The translations under genes and the position numbers were made by a program. Under the pieces are notes generated by a model that searched no databases, was not told the origin of the DNA, and saw only the letters and a program-made list of their open reading frames with translations. A DNA stretch of 64,000 bases from positions 16,032 to 80,031 of the forward strand of contig MFQZ01000001.1 in the NCBI GenBank assembly GCA_001784435.1, written 5' to 3'. The DNA is from Candidatus Magasanikbacteria bacterium RIFOXYC2_FULL_42_28. GTDB taxonomy: Bacteria; Patescibacteriota; Patescibacteriia; Magasanikbacterales; GWA2-37-8. Position 1 is the stretch's first letter; the number at the start of each line of letters is the position of its first letter. Positions 28,603-37,973 of this stretch are shown here, piece by piece.

Positions 28603-30366
28603 TCACGGCGCTTTCACACTCACCACCACATCTTGCCCATCACTTAACCCCAACAAAATTTCTGTTTTACCGCCATCGGCTTTTAACCCAATTTCAACAG
28701 TCACTTCGCTCACCTCGCCATTATTTAACACTTTTACTTTTTTCTCACCATTGGATTTAATCGCGCGGCTCGGTACAAACAAAACATTTTCTTTTTTGTC
28801 AGTAGTAATTTTTACATTCGCGGTCATTCCCGCCTTGACCGCCTTAGTTCCGACAAACGGAACGGCGGCGGTCCCCATTATATTATCGCTCGCATCCAAC
28901 GTTACCGTCACTTTGTAATAAACCACATCTTGAATAACCGTTGATGCTGGCTCCAGATTGATAATCTTTCCGGAAAATTTAACATCGTTTCCAAACGCAT
29001 CCAAAGTAATTTCCGCGTTGTCATTTAATTGTAATTTGGAAATATCGGTCTCCGGAATATCCACTTCAATTTGGTAATTAGGCGCGAGCAGTTGAATCAT
29101 CGTATCCGCGCCGGTAATAAATTCACCTTTTTTCTTATTAATTTTCGTCACGATGCCAGCAATCGGCGCGCGAATAATTGCTTTATCGCGACTGGCGACA
29201 GCGGACGAAAGCGCGGCTCGAAGCGCGGCCACATCCACTTCGCGTGGTGGATTTATTTTGCTGTCATAATTCGCTTGCGCTTGATCATACGCCGCTTGTT
29301 TATATGCCACCGAATTTATCGCATTGGCTTTAGCAGTTGCCAAATCTTTCACCGCTTTATCATAAGCAACCAAATAAGTGGAATAACTATTTTTTGCGTC
29401 CAACAATGCCTGCTTTTTGGCAATAGTGTTAGTATATTGAGTGTTAACGGCCGTGCGCGTCGCGTCAATGGTGGTTTTGTGGCCATCTAAAATTGTTTGA
29501 GTAAGCGCGCCCAAAGGTGGCGTAAAATTCAAAACATCGCCAACGAGTGCCAACAAAGAAATGTCCTTGGCCAAAGCATCTTCGGCTAAAAGTAACGCCG
29601 CGTCAATATCAGCATGAGCCGACACGGTTGTTAAAACCAAAATTTTATTTTTCACATTATCACGGCCTTGACGAGCAACAGCGTAAGCGGTTTTGGCAAA
29701 TGATAATTTTGAACTATCCAAGACCGACAAATAACTTTCAAAACTATCATTACCCAAAGTATTGTCAATACCCAAAATATTATCGGATTGCGTTAAACCA
29801 TTTTCAATGTTAGACAGCGCGGTTTGAAGCGACGCCACCGCTCCAGCATAAGCGCTATCCACAATTTGATTATTGTCACCACCCTCGACTAATTTCAAAT
29901 TATTCTGCGCGGTATCTACCACTGCTTGTGCCGCCGTAACGCTCGCCTCGGCATCGGTTTTACTTTGCTCATAAGCCGACCGCGCGCTATCCACCGCCGC
30001 TTGATAATATTTTTTATCCGCGTCCGACAAACCCACTAATTTTTGATTTAAATTCGCGCTCGCCTGCGCCACGCCGGCGTTTAATTCGGCCAAACGCAAA
30101 TTAGCGAGCATTGTTCCCACTTTCACAATATCACCCTCTTGAACATTCGCCGCATCCACAATTCCGCCAATTTCAAATTTCAAAGCCAAATCCGTAGCCG
30201 ATTCCACTTTACCGGTGGCTTCCACGGTTTGCTCCAAATTACCGCGTTCTACTTTGACGGTTTCGTATTGAGGCACGGCGGATTGCTTGGAACGATATAT
30301 AAAAAATCCTACAACCAAAACTAAAGTTATCGCACCAATAATTATATATTTACTTTTTTTAGTCAT
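28603..30366 (-). CDS. HlyD/MacA-family periplasmic adaptor with very long Ala/Gln-rich coiled coil
   Basis: N-terminal TM anchor, biotinyl/lipoyl-like half-motifs (GKVESATDLALKFEIGGIV...GDIVKVGTMLANL), extended coiled coil, C-terminal beta-barrel. Confidence 0.7.
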   Translation of the reverse strand: MTKKSKYIIIGAITLVLVVGFFIYRSKQSAVPQYETVKVERGNLEQTVEATGKVESATDLALKFEIGGIVDAANVQEGDIVKVGTMLANLRLAELNAGVAQASANLNQKLVGLSDADKKYYQAAVDSARSAYEQSKTDAEASVTAAQAVVDTAQNNLKLVEGGDNNQIVDSAYAGAVASLQTALSNIENGLTQSDNILGIDNTLGNDSFESYLSVLDSSKLSFAKTAYAVARQGRDNVKNKILVLTTVSAHADIDAALLLAEDALAKDISLLALVGDVLNFTPPLGALTQTILDGHKTTIDATRTAVNTQYTNTIAKKQALLDAKNSYSTYLVAYDKAVKDLATAKANAINSVAYKQAAYDQAQANYDSKINPPREVDVAALRAALSSAVASRDKAIIRAPIAGIVTKINKKKGEFITGADTMIQLLAPNYQIEVDIPETDISKLQLNDNAEITLDAFGNDVKFSGKIINLEPASTVIQDVVYYKVTVTLDASDNIMGTAAVPFVGTKAVKAGMTANVKITTDKKENVLFVPSRAIKSNGEKKVKVLNNGEVSEVTVEIGLKADGGKTEILLGLSDGQDVVVSVKAP

Positions 30367-30415
30367 AAAATTTTACATTTTAATTTGTCATTTTGATTTT
30401 TGATATTTACATTTT

Positions 30416-31909
30416 TCATTTTAACATCTCCCACTCCTGCGCATTTTTTAAATATTCACTTTTAATCTTCTCGAAATATTCAGCGACAGCATCGTGCTCA
30501 TTCGGCACTTTTCCATCCAAAATTGCCTCTTCCAGCGCGTCTTTAATTCTGCCAACGGTCGGTCCGGGTTTTAATTTACACGCAATCATAATTTCATCAC
30601 CACGAAACGGCGACTGGAACGCGCGCAATTTATCTTTTTCAGATAACTCGTCAATTTTTGCGCGCAGATGAATATAATTGCCTTGACGCTTGGTTAATTT
30701 ATGGGGATTACCAGTCGTAATATCCGACACCCCTAAAATCAATAAATCTTCTAGTTCTTCATCCAAATTTACCACAAGGCGCCGCACAGCCGAGTCGGAA
30801 ATACCATCATCCATCAGCGCGATGGGCTGTAAATGCCAACGCACCAATTTGGCAAGATATTTTGTCAAATCAGTAGAAAAACGCAAACGCCGCGCCAAAC
30901 CATGGACTAATTTTTTACCAAAATGATCATGCTGATAAAAAGTCCAACCAATGCCTTTGACAAATTTTTTCGTACCCGGTTTACCAATGTCGTGCAAAAG
31001 CCCGGCCAAACGCAAATTAACTTTTTCCGAACGCTCGGCAATATTGTCCACTACTTTAAAAGTATGAGTTAAAATATTTTTGTGTAGATGGCCAAAAACT
31101 TCTTCCACGCCGTCAAGCACGGCCACTTCAGGCAAAACCAAATCCAACAGACGAGTTTGAAACATTAACGCCAAACACACCGACGGCTGGCGCACGGCTA
31201 ACATTTTTAATAATTCTTCTTGGACGCGTTCAGCCGAAATTATTTTTAGTCGCGCGCGATTTTCAAAAATTGATTTCAAAGTTTTACTTTCAATCCCAAA
31301 TTCCAATTGTCCGGCAAACCTGATAGCGCGCATCATACGCAGTGGGTCATCAGAAAATGTCTCATCCGGCGCGAGCGGTGTGCGTAAAATTTTGTCTGCC
31401 AAATCTTTTTGGCCGTTGAATGGGTCAATTATATTTTTCTTAATGGTAGCGACGGTAGGCGCTTTGGCCACCGCAAAAACTTTCACCGGCACGGCCATGG
31501 CATTCACCGTAAAATCACGCCGTTTTAAATCCTCTGCCAACGTGGCTGTCTCCACTTTTGGTTTACGCGAAGTAGCATGATAACTTTCACTGCGCGCGCC
31601 GGCAAATTCCAAAACAATTTGATTTTCGCCATCGCCCAAACAATAACGCGCCGTATCAAAATCCGGAAATTCCACCAAGCTTCCACCGGCGTCGCCTTCG
31701 GCTATGCCAGTCAAGCTCTCCTGCTTAAATTCTTCATCAAATTTTTTCGCAAATTCCAAACCACTGCCTTCTACCACAAAATCAATGTCTTTTTTTTGCT
31801 CTCGGCCTAATAAAAAATCGCGCACAAAACCGCCCACCACATAAATCTGGGTTTTGTTTTGTTTGGCAACTTTATCAATTATTTTAAAGATTTTTGTGAT
31901 ATCAGACAT
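30416..31909 (-). CDS. cca: CCA tRNA nucleotidyltransferase / polyA polymerase family with HD domain
   Basis: Pol-beta NT motif YVVGGFVRDFLLG...DIDFVV; HD domain HLHKN...H...D; supplied ORF extends to 31942 (MEIGNLDFEIN) but those codons are repeat-motif sequence, likely start is MSDITKIF at 31909. Confidence 0.8.
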   Translation of the reverse strand: MSDITKIFKIIDKVAKQNKTQIYVVGGFVRDFLLGREQKKDIDFVVEGSGLEFAKKFDEEFKQESLTGIAEGDAGGSLVEFPDFDTARYCLGDGENQIVLEFAGARSESYHATSRKPKVETATLAEDLKRRDFTVNAMAVPVKVFAVAKAPTVATIKKNIIDPFNGQKDLADKILRTPLAPDETFSDDPLRMMRAIRFAGQLEFGIESKTLKSIFENRARLKIISAERVQEELLKMLAVRQPSVCLALMFQTRLLDLVLPEVAVLDGVEEVFGHLHKNILTHTFKVVDNIAERSEKVNLRLAGLLHDIGKPGTKKFVKGIGWTFYQHDHFGKKLVHGLARRLRFSTDLTKYLAKLVRWHLQPIALMDDGISDSAVRRLVVNLDEELEDLLILGVSDITTGNPHKLTKRQGNYIHLRAKIDELSEKDKLRAFQSPFRGDEIMIACKLKPGPTVGRIKDALEEAILDGKVPNEHDAVAEYFEKIKSEYLKNAQEWEMLK

Positions 31910-31910
31910 A

Positions 31911-32025
31911 TTAATTTCAAAATCCAAATTTCCAATTTCCAAAATAATGTCAAAGCCAAAATGTCAAATTTGATATTTTGATTTTGGATTTGATTTGACA
32001 TTGGAAATTGGAAATTTGACATTAC
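31911..32025. repeat. ~115-bp AT-rich foldback (inverted pair of the TTTGACATTGGAAATTTGGATTTTGAAATTAA motif) between pilT and cca
   Basis: Left arm ttaatttcaaaatccaaatttccaa...aatgtcaaagcc is reverse complement of right arm ...tttgacattggaaattggaaatttgacatt; solo copies at 839-866 and 60246-60288. Confidence 0.55.
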
Positions 32026-33053
32026 ACCCGCCTCGCTCTCCCGCTCCTTTTCTCCGCCGTCTCACTCGTAATCCACCCTTCTTTTACCAACTGCTTCAAC
32101 GAATTTTCCATCGTGATCATCCCTTCTTTACCGCCGGTCTGAATCGCGGATTTAATTTGACTCACATTATTTTCTTTAATCATATTAGCCACGGCCGGGG
32201 TATTTATCAAAATTTCGCGCGCCGGTACCCGCCCACCGTCTTTGGCCGGCAATAATTCTTGTGCCACAATCATGCGCAACACGCTCCCCAACTGAATTAA
32301 CACCTGCTTCTGGCGCGAACCATCAAACACATCCACAATACGCTCCACGGCCTCGGCCGCGCTACTCGTGTGCAAAGTTGACAAAACCAAATGCCCGGTC
32401 TCGGCCGCGGTCAAAACCGTCGCGATGGTCTCGGGGTCGCGCATTTCGCCCACCAAAATCACATTCGGGTCTTGCCGTAAAACATGTTTTAATGCCTCGG
32501 CAAATGATTTAGTATCCGTACCCACCTCGCGTTGTTCAATCAAACATTTTTTATCTTTAAACACAAATTCAATCGGATCTTCAATGGTCATAATATGCGC
32601 TTTGCGATTTTTATTTATTTCTTCCACAATGGACGCGAGGGTCGTGGATTTACCACAACCGGTCGGTCCGGTTACCAGAACCAAACCATCTAAAAATTCC
32701 GGCACTTGCGCCAAGGCCGGTTCAAAATGTAAATCTTTCGGCGTGGGAATTTCTTCCGGAATCAAACGCGCGGACAAACCAATCTTTTCTTCCTGCTGAT
32801 GCAAATTAACGCGAAACCGCGTGCCATCCTGTTCATACCCAAAATCCAATTCCAAATCATTCTCATAACGCGTCCATTGCTCTTTGGACAACATGGCCTT
32901 AATCGCCGTTGTCAATTCCGTATTATTCAATGGCTTTTCATCCAAAGCCGACAATTCACCTTCCAAACGCAACATCGGCAATTCGCCACCAATCAAATGT
33001 AAATCCGAAGCGTCTTTTTTGATTGCGTCCTTAAAAAAACTTTTGATATTCAT
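32022..33053 (-). CDS. pilT: Type IV pilus retraction ATPase PilT
   Basis: Walker A GPTGCGKSTTLA, Asp box, His box and VLVGEMRD motifs of PilT/PilU family. Confidence 0.85.
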   Translation of the reverse strand: MNIKSFFKDAIKKDASDLHLIGGELPMLRLEGELSALDEKPLNNTELTTAIKAMLSKEQWTRYENDLELDFGYEQDGTRFRVNLHQQEEKIGLSARLIPEEIPTPKDLHFEPALAQVPEFLDGLVLVTGPTGCGKSTTLASIVEEINKNRKAHIMTIEDPIEFVFKDKKCLIEQREVGTDTKSFAEALKHVLRQDPNVILVGEMRDPETIATVLTAAETGHLVLSTLHTSSAAEAVERIVDVFDGSRQKQVLIQLGSVLRMIVAQELLPAKDGGRVPAREILINTPAVANMIKENNVSQIKSAIQTGGKEGMITMENSLKQLVKEGWITSETAEKRSGRARRV

Positions 33054-33096
33054 ATAATAAATTGCTTATATTTAATTCGTGAATAAAATTCGTGGT

Positions 33097-33741
33097 TTAT
33101 ATACCTTTATGTTCTAAAATTACTTTTATAGTGCGGGCGATAATTTTACAGTCATTCCAAACGATTTTTAGACCGCTACCGGTTCGACATAATTCGTAAT
33201 ATTCGCCGTCCATTTCTTTATCGCCAATTCCAGCTGGCCAATGCCCTTTATAACTTTGAAAAATTCCGGTCAAGCCGGCGGTTAAATATTTTTTTGTTAA
33301 ATTACCAGCGCGCAAACATTCTTCATATTCAACCGGTGGCTTGGGACGCGGACCAACCAAACTCATATCGCCGATCAATACATTAAAAAGTTGCGGTGCT
33401 TCGTCCAAGTAAACCCGTTTTAAAATTCTGCCAACCCGAGTAAAATTTTTATCATTTTCTACAAAAGCGGTATGGATGCTACCAAACTCCCGACGACATT
33501 GCTCATAAGCCGATAAGTGACAGGTGCGAATTTTGTAAAAATCAAATGGTTTGCCGGCGGAAATTCTTTTCTCGCAGTATAACCAAGGACCGCGCGCTGC
33601 GCCATCAAAGATTTTTTCAATGACTGACAAAATATAAGCCACCATTAGAAAAGGCGCGAGTAAGATCAGAAAAAAGATAGAAAAAATAACATCAAATAAC
33701 CGTTTAAAGAGCGGTATTTGAACGGGCGCGTCAATGTTCAT
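33097..33741 (-). CDS. Bacterial sugar transferase (polyprenyl-phosphate glycosyl-1-phosphate transferase, WbaP C-terminal type)
   Basis: N-terminal TM, DMSLVGPRP motif characteristic of PF02397. Confidence 0.75.
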   Translation of the reverse strand: MNIDAPVQIPLFKRLFDVIFSIFFLILLAPFLMVAYILSVIEKIFDGAARGPWLYCEKRISAGKPFDFYKIRTCHLSAYEQCRREFGSIHTAFVENDKNFTRVGRILKRVYLDEAPQLFNVLIGDMSLVGPRPKPPVEYEECLRAGNLTKKYLTAGLTGIFQSYKGHWPAGIGDKEMDGEYYELCRTGSGLKIVWNDCKIIARTIKVILEHKGI

Positions 33742-33835
33742 AACAGAGTTATTTTAACATAAAAACAATAAAAAGCCAATGGCCTGAGGCGCACTTGATT
33801 TTAGAGGTAAAATATGGTATTTTATAAAGCACAGA

Positions 33836-33912
33836 CGGGCTGTAGCGTAGTTTGGTAGCGCGCATGCATGGGGTGCATGAGGTCGCGGGTTCAAATCCCG
33901 CCAGCCCGACCA
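33836..33912 (+). tRNA. tRNA-Pro (anticodon GGG), CCA encoded
   Basis: Manual cloverleaf: acceptor CGGGCUG/CAGCCCG, anticodon stem CAUGC/GCAUG, loop AUGGGGU, T-loop GCGGGUUCAAAUCCCGC, 3' ACCA. Confidence 0.8.
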
Positions 33913-33937
33913 AAATTAAACTTCTGGGTAATTTTTT

Positions 33938-35104
33938 ATGCCTCGCGTCAAACTTTACGAACATTCAGCCAAAACCATAATATCAAAAGCGCTACCTCTC
34001 CCCTATCGCGGTATTAGAATTGATGAAAATACGGATTTAAAAAAATTAGTCGCGTCATTGCCTAAAAATAAAACTTACGTGGTGAAAGTTGACCAAGGAG
34101 TTAAAAAACGGATGAAAAATGGGTTGGTAGTTTTAAATATCAGTCCGGCCGAAATTCCAGCGGCGTTGAAAAAATTAAAATTAAAAAAATTTGATAATTT
34201 TTTGGTAGAAGAATTTTTACCACATAAGCCCAACGAGGAAAAATATTTTTCTTTGGAGCGCCAGCGCGATGGTATTGTCGCCAGTGTGTCAGATAAAGGC
34301 GGGATTGATATTGAAGACAATCCGGACTCAATCAAAACATTTATTTTAGAACCCAAAAATTATTCGGCTTTGGAAAAATTAACCGGATTATCGCCGGACA
34401 TGCTCCAAAAAATCCGCCAAACATTTGACGAACTTTGTTTTTCTTTTTTAGAAATAAATCCGCTCGTGGTAAAAAATGAAACTCCATATTTTTTGGATTT
34501 AGCTGCGACTGTGGATAGTGCCGGAGAATTTTTTGTAAGTGGCACTTGGGGCGAAAAAGACATCGTCGCCATGGCGCTTAAAACTACCGAAGAAAAAACC
34601 GTTAAAATTTTGAAAGATAACAGCCCGGCGGCTTTGTCGCTTGCAGTTATCAACCCCAATGGCTCAATCTTTTTGCTTTTATCCGGAGGCGGTGCCAGTT
34701 TAGTGGTGGCGGACGAGGTAGCCAATTTAGGCGCGGCAAATGAGCTCGCCAATTACGGCGAATACAGTGGCAACCCGAGCGAAGAAGAGACATATTTATA
34801 CACTCTGGAAATTATTTCTTTACTCAAAAAATCCCGCGCTAAACGAAAAATTTTAATTATCGGCGGTGGCGTGGCGAATTTTACTGATGTGCGTGCCACT
34901 TTTCGCGGTATTATTCGCGCGCTTGAAAAAAATAAAATTACTTTACAAAAAATGTCCACGAAAATTTTTGTGCGCCGGGGCGGACCGGGGCAGACCGAGG
35001 GTCTGGCCAGTATGCAAAAATTTTTAAATGACAATAATTTTGACGGCGGTGTTTACGGACCGGAATTGCCTTTACAAAAAATCGTGGAACTGGCCTTATG
35101 CTAA
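33938..35104 (+). CDS. aclB: ATP-citrate lyase subunit B-like (ATP-grasp; ACLY N-terminal homolog)
   Basis: Collinear matches to ACLY N-terminus: FLVEEFLPH, YLEINPLVV, FLDLAATVD, GGGASLVV, ANELANYGEYSGNPSE, ILIIGGGVANFTDVRATFRGIIRAL, IFVRRGGPGQTEGL. Confidence 0.8.
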   Translation: MPRVKLYEHSAKTIISKALPLPYRGIRIDENTDLKKLVASLPKNKTYVVKVDQGVKKRMKNGLVVLNISPAEIPAALKKLKLKKFDNFLVEEFLPHKPNEEKYFSLERQRDGIVASVSDKGGIDIEDNPDSIKTFILEPKNYSALEKLTGLSPDMLQKIRQTFDELCFSFLEINPLVVKNETPYFLDLAATVDSAGEFFVSGTWGEKDIVAMALKTTEEKTVKILKDNSPAALSLAVINPNGSIFLLLSGGGASLVVADEVANLGAANELANYGEYSGNPSEEETYLYTLEIISLLKKSRAKRKILIIGGGVANFTDVRATFRGIIRALEKNKITLQKMSTKIFVRRGGPGQTEGLASMQKFLNDNNFDGGVYGPELPLQKIVELALC

Positions 35105-36870
35105 ATATTCAACAACTGCGAAAATTAGAACCGCAAATAATCGCGCTTGGTAATCACCGGCCGATTTTGCAGTCAATGTTGGATTTTGATTTTTATTGTG
35201 GCCGAACCGAGCCGACACTTAAAGCAATTATCGGCACCGGTAAAAAATTTGAGAAATTTTTCTTTGGGAAACGTGAAATCTTAATTCCGGTATATCATGA
35301 TTTAAGTCATGATATAAAAATTAACGCCACTATCAACGGCTTAATCAACGTCAATTCCGGTAGACGCACGCTCGCCTCTATGCGCGCGGCCATATCAGCT
35401 TATCCCAATTTAAAAACAGCCGTACTATTTGCCGAAAATGTGCCGGAAAAACATTCTTTGGAAATGGACAAATTAGCCAAAACCAAAAACATCACCATCA
35501 CCGGTCCGGCCAGTGTGGGCATTTTAATCCCCAATCATTTAAAAATCGGCCCGATCGGGGGCGTAGACCATCGCCAGTTATTATCGGCGAAATTATTTGA
35601 CACGGGCGCGACCGCGGTGTTGTGTTCGTCCGGCGGTATGAGCAACGAAATTATCAACTTACTCGCCCACGCCAACATTCCCCTCTCGTTTGCCGTGGCG
35701 TTTGGTGGTGATCGCTTTCCGGTGCTTACTCCCAAAGAAGCATTTTTGGCCGCGGAAAATGACCCCAACACTAAACAAATTGTTTACTTCGGCGAATTAG
35801 GCGGATATGATGAATACGAACTAGCCGAATTATTAAAAAAGAAAATCATTACTAAGCCCGTTATCGCCTACATCGCCGGCAGTGTGTCCGCGGTCTTTAA
35901 AGAACCACCCCAATTTGGCCATGCCAAAGCGTTGGCGCAACGCGGGGCCGAAACCGCCGTGGCCAAAGCCGAAGCCCTTACTGATGCCGGCGCGCTCGTA
36001 GGAAAATCATTTGCTCAATTTTTAAATTTAATTACTAAAAATATTATGACTCAAAAATCTCCACCCCAAACCCAAATTGATTTATCAGACCGCCGCGCTT
36101 CGCTATTTACCTGTCGCATTTCCGGTGATAAAAACGGTAGTCCGACAATTTTAGGACAAGAATTGGTCGCGGCTGTAAAAACCATGAGTTATTCCGAAAT
36201 GGTCATCGCCTTACTACTTGGTAAAAAACCTAAATCAAAAGAATTGGCGCAATTTACCGATTTGGCACTAAAACTTTTAATTGACCACGGGCCGTATGTG
36301 TCTGGCGCGGTCAACACGATGATTACCGCGCGCGCGGGCAAGGATTTGGTATCGGCCTTGTGCGCCGGACTACTCACCATTGGCGACCGTTTTGGCGGAG
36401 CGATTAACGAAGCGGCCTTGAATTGGTTCACAGCGGTAAATCAAAAAATAGCCGCCGCAAATTTCGTAGAAAATTTTGCCAGCGCCAAAAAAATTATCGC
36501 CGGCATCGGCCATAAAAAATACAGTTCGCACCAGCCGGATGAACGGGTAAAATTAATTTTGGAATTTGCGAAAAAATTAAAATTCCACCCGCATTTGGAT
36601 TTTGCGTTAGGAGTAGCCAAAATAACTTTGGCCAAAAAAGCTAATTTGATTTTAAATGTGGACGGCGCTTTGGCAGCGGTGCTGTTGGATTTGTTACAAG
36701 AAAAAGAAAATTACCAAAAAGAAGAATTGTCCGAACTAATCGCTTCCGGATTTTTTAATTCACTATTCATCCTCGCCCGCAGTGTCGGGTTCGCGGCGCA
36801 TTTCTTGGAACAACGCCGGCTGGATGAAGGGCTGTTCCGCTTGCCGGAGGATAGTGTGAATAATGGTTAA
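35098..36870 (+). CDS. aclA: ATP-citrate lyase subunit A-like (CoA-binding, phosphohistidine, citrate-synthase-like lyase domain)
   Basis: Phosphohistidine loop QFGHAKA; C-terminal HGPYVSGAVNTMITARAGKDLVSALCAGLLTIGDRFGGAINEAA nearly identical in pattern to ACLY citryl-CoA lyase domain. Confidence 0.8.
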   Translation: MLNIQQLRKLEPQIIALGNHRPILQSMLDFDFYCGRTEPTLKAIIGTGKKFEKFFFGKREILIPVYHDLSHDIKINATINGLINVNSGRRTLASMRAAISAYPNLKTAVLFAENVPEKHSLEMDKLAKTKNITITGPASVGILIPNHLKIGPIGGVDHRQLLSAKLFDTGATAVLCSSGGMSNEIINLLAHANIPLSFAVAFGGDRFPVLTPKEAFLAAENDPNTKQIVYFGELGGYDEYELAELLKKKIITKPVIAYIAGSVSAVFKEPPQFGHAKALAQRGAETAVAKAEALTDAGALVGKSFAQFLNLITKNIMTQKSPPQTQIDLSDRRASLFTCRISGDKNGSPTILGQELVAAVKTMSYSEMVIALLLGKKPKSKELAQFTDLALKLLIDHGPYVSGAVNTMITARAGKDLVSALCAGLLTIGDRFGGAINEAALNWFTAVNQKIAAANFVENFASAKKIIAGIGHKKYSSHQPDERVKLILEFAKKLKFHPHLDFALGVAKITLAKKANLILNVDGALAAVLLDLLQEKENYQKEELSELIASGFFNSLFILARSVGFAAHFLEQRRLDEGLFRLPEDSVNNG

Positions 36871-36893
36871 AAAACCAACAATGCAACTTAAAC

Positions 36894-36925
36894 AAAAACA
36901 CCTCTGCCAACAGAGGTGTTTTTGT
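36894..36925 (+). terminator. Rho-independent terminator after aclA
   Basis: acacctctg-ccaa-cagaggtgt stem-loop followed by TTTTGT. Confidence 0.6.
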
Positions 36926-36933
36926 GGTATAAT
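36925..36933 (+). promoter_or_regulatory. Extended -10 (TGgTATAAT) ~30 nt upstream of corA
   Basis: tgg tataat at 36925-36933; corA ATG at 36963. Confidence 0.4.
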
Positions 36934-36962
36934 ATAATTGTTTACAAATCTAATCGCTAAAT

Positions 36963-37973
36963 ATGCCAACCGCCAAAAACAACGCGCCAAAAAATAACAT
37001 CGACCTGTTTGACTACGACGCTAAGAATTTCATAGAAAAACGCGTCAAGTCCATTGATGATTGTATCCCCTACAAAAATACTCCGAGCGTTACCTGGATT
37101 AACATTGACCGCACGCCACCTTTGGCATTTTTAGAAAAATTGCAACTGGGATTTGATTTACATCCGGTTATCGTAGAAGACATTACCGGTCCCAACCAAC
37201 GCCCCAAAGTGGAAATTTTAGATGACTACATCTATGTGGTTTTTCGTATGCTTACCATTGACGAAGAACACAAAAAAGTTATGAGCGAACAGGTAAGTTT
37301 GGTATTGTCGCATAAATTTCTAATCACTTTTCAACAAAACGTCGTGGGCGATACTTTTGAACCGGTGCGCGCGTTAATCCGTAAACCCACTACGCGTATT
37401 CGACATTTGGACACCGACTATCTTGCTTACGAACTAATTAATTCAGTCGTGGAAAATTATTTTAAAATTTTAGAATATTTCTCGGAAAAAATTGAGAAAC
37501 TGGAGCAAGAAATTATTACCAATCCGACGAGTCGCAATTTAAACCATATCCACTCTTTAAAACGAGGGCTACTGTCTTTTCGTAAATCCATTTGGCCGCT
37601 ACGCGAAGTTATCGGCATTTTGGAACGAGGCGAATCAACTTTAATTAAAAAATCCACCCGTATTTATTTGCGCGATTCTTACGAACGATTAATTCAAGTG
37701 ATCGATTCGGTGGAAACTTACCGCGATATTTTATCGGGGCTATTAGATGTATATTTATCCAGTGTGTCTAACCGCACCAATTCGGTCATGCGCGTGCTGA
37801 CGGTCATTACCACTATTTTCATGCCCTTGTCGTTTTTGGCCGGCTTTTATGGCATGAATTTCACCAATTTACCGGGGATGCATACCTCCTACGGCCCAGC
37901 TGTAGTCACCGCCATAATGCTCGTCATAATGGTGATAATGTTATCCTACTTCCGCAAAAAAGAATGGCTATAA
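36963..37973 (+). CDS. corA: Magnesium/cobalt transporter CorA
   Basis: C-terminal two TM helices with YGMNF (GMN) motif. Confidence 0.85.
   Translation: MPTAKNNAPKNNIDLFDYDAKNFIEKRVKSIDDCIPYKNTPSVTWINIDRTPPLAFLEKLQLGFDLHPVIVEDITGPNQRPKVEILDDYIYVVFRMLTIDEEHKKVMSEQVSLVLSHKFLITFQQNVVGDTFEPVRALIRKPTTRIRHLDTDYLAYELINSVVENYFKILEYFSEKIEKLEQEIITNPTSRNLNHIHSLKRGLLSFRKSIWPLREVIGILERGESTLIKKSTRIYLRDSYERLIQVIDSVETYRDILSGLLDVYLSSVSNRTNSVMRVLTVITTIFMPLSFLAGFYGMNFTNLPGMHTSYGPAVVTAIMLVIMVIMLSYFRKKEWL

Noticed and set aside
31910-31942. N-terminal MEIGNLDFEIN extension of the cca ORF
   Set aside because: These codons are part of the recurrent intergenic repeat motif. The conserved CCA-enzyme N-terminus starts at the downstream Met (MSDITKIF).
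33749-33964. 71-aa and 65-aa ORFs overlapping the two tRNA-Pro genes (33749-33964, 39818-40015)
   Set aside because: They overlap well-formed tRNA cloverleafs on the opposite strand. Spurious.
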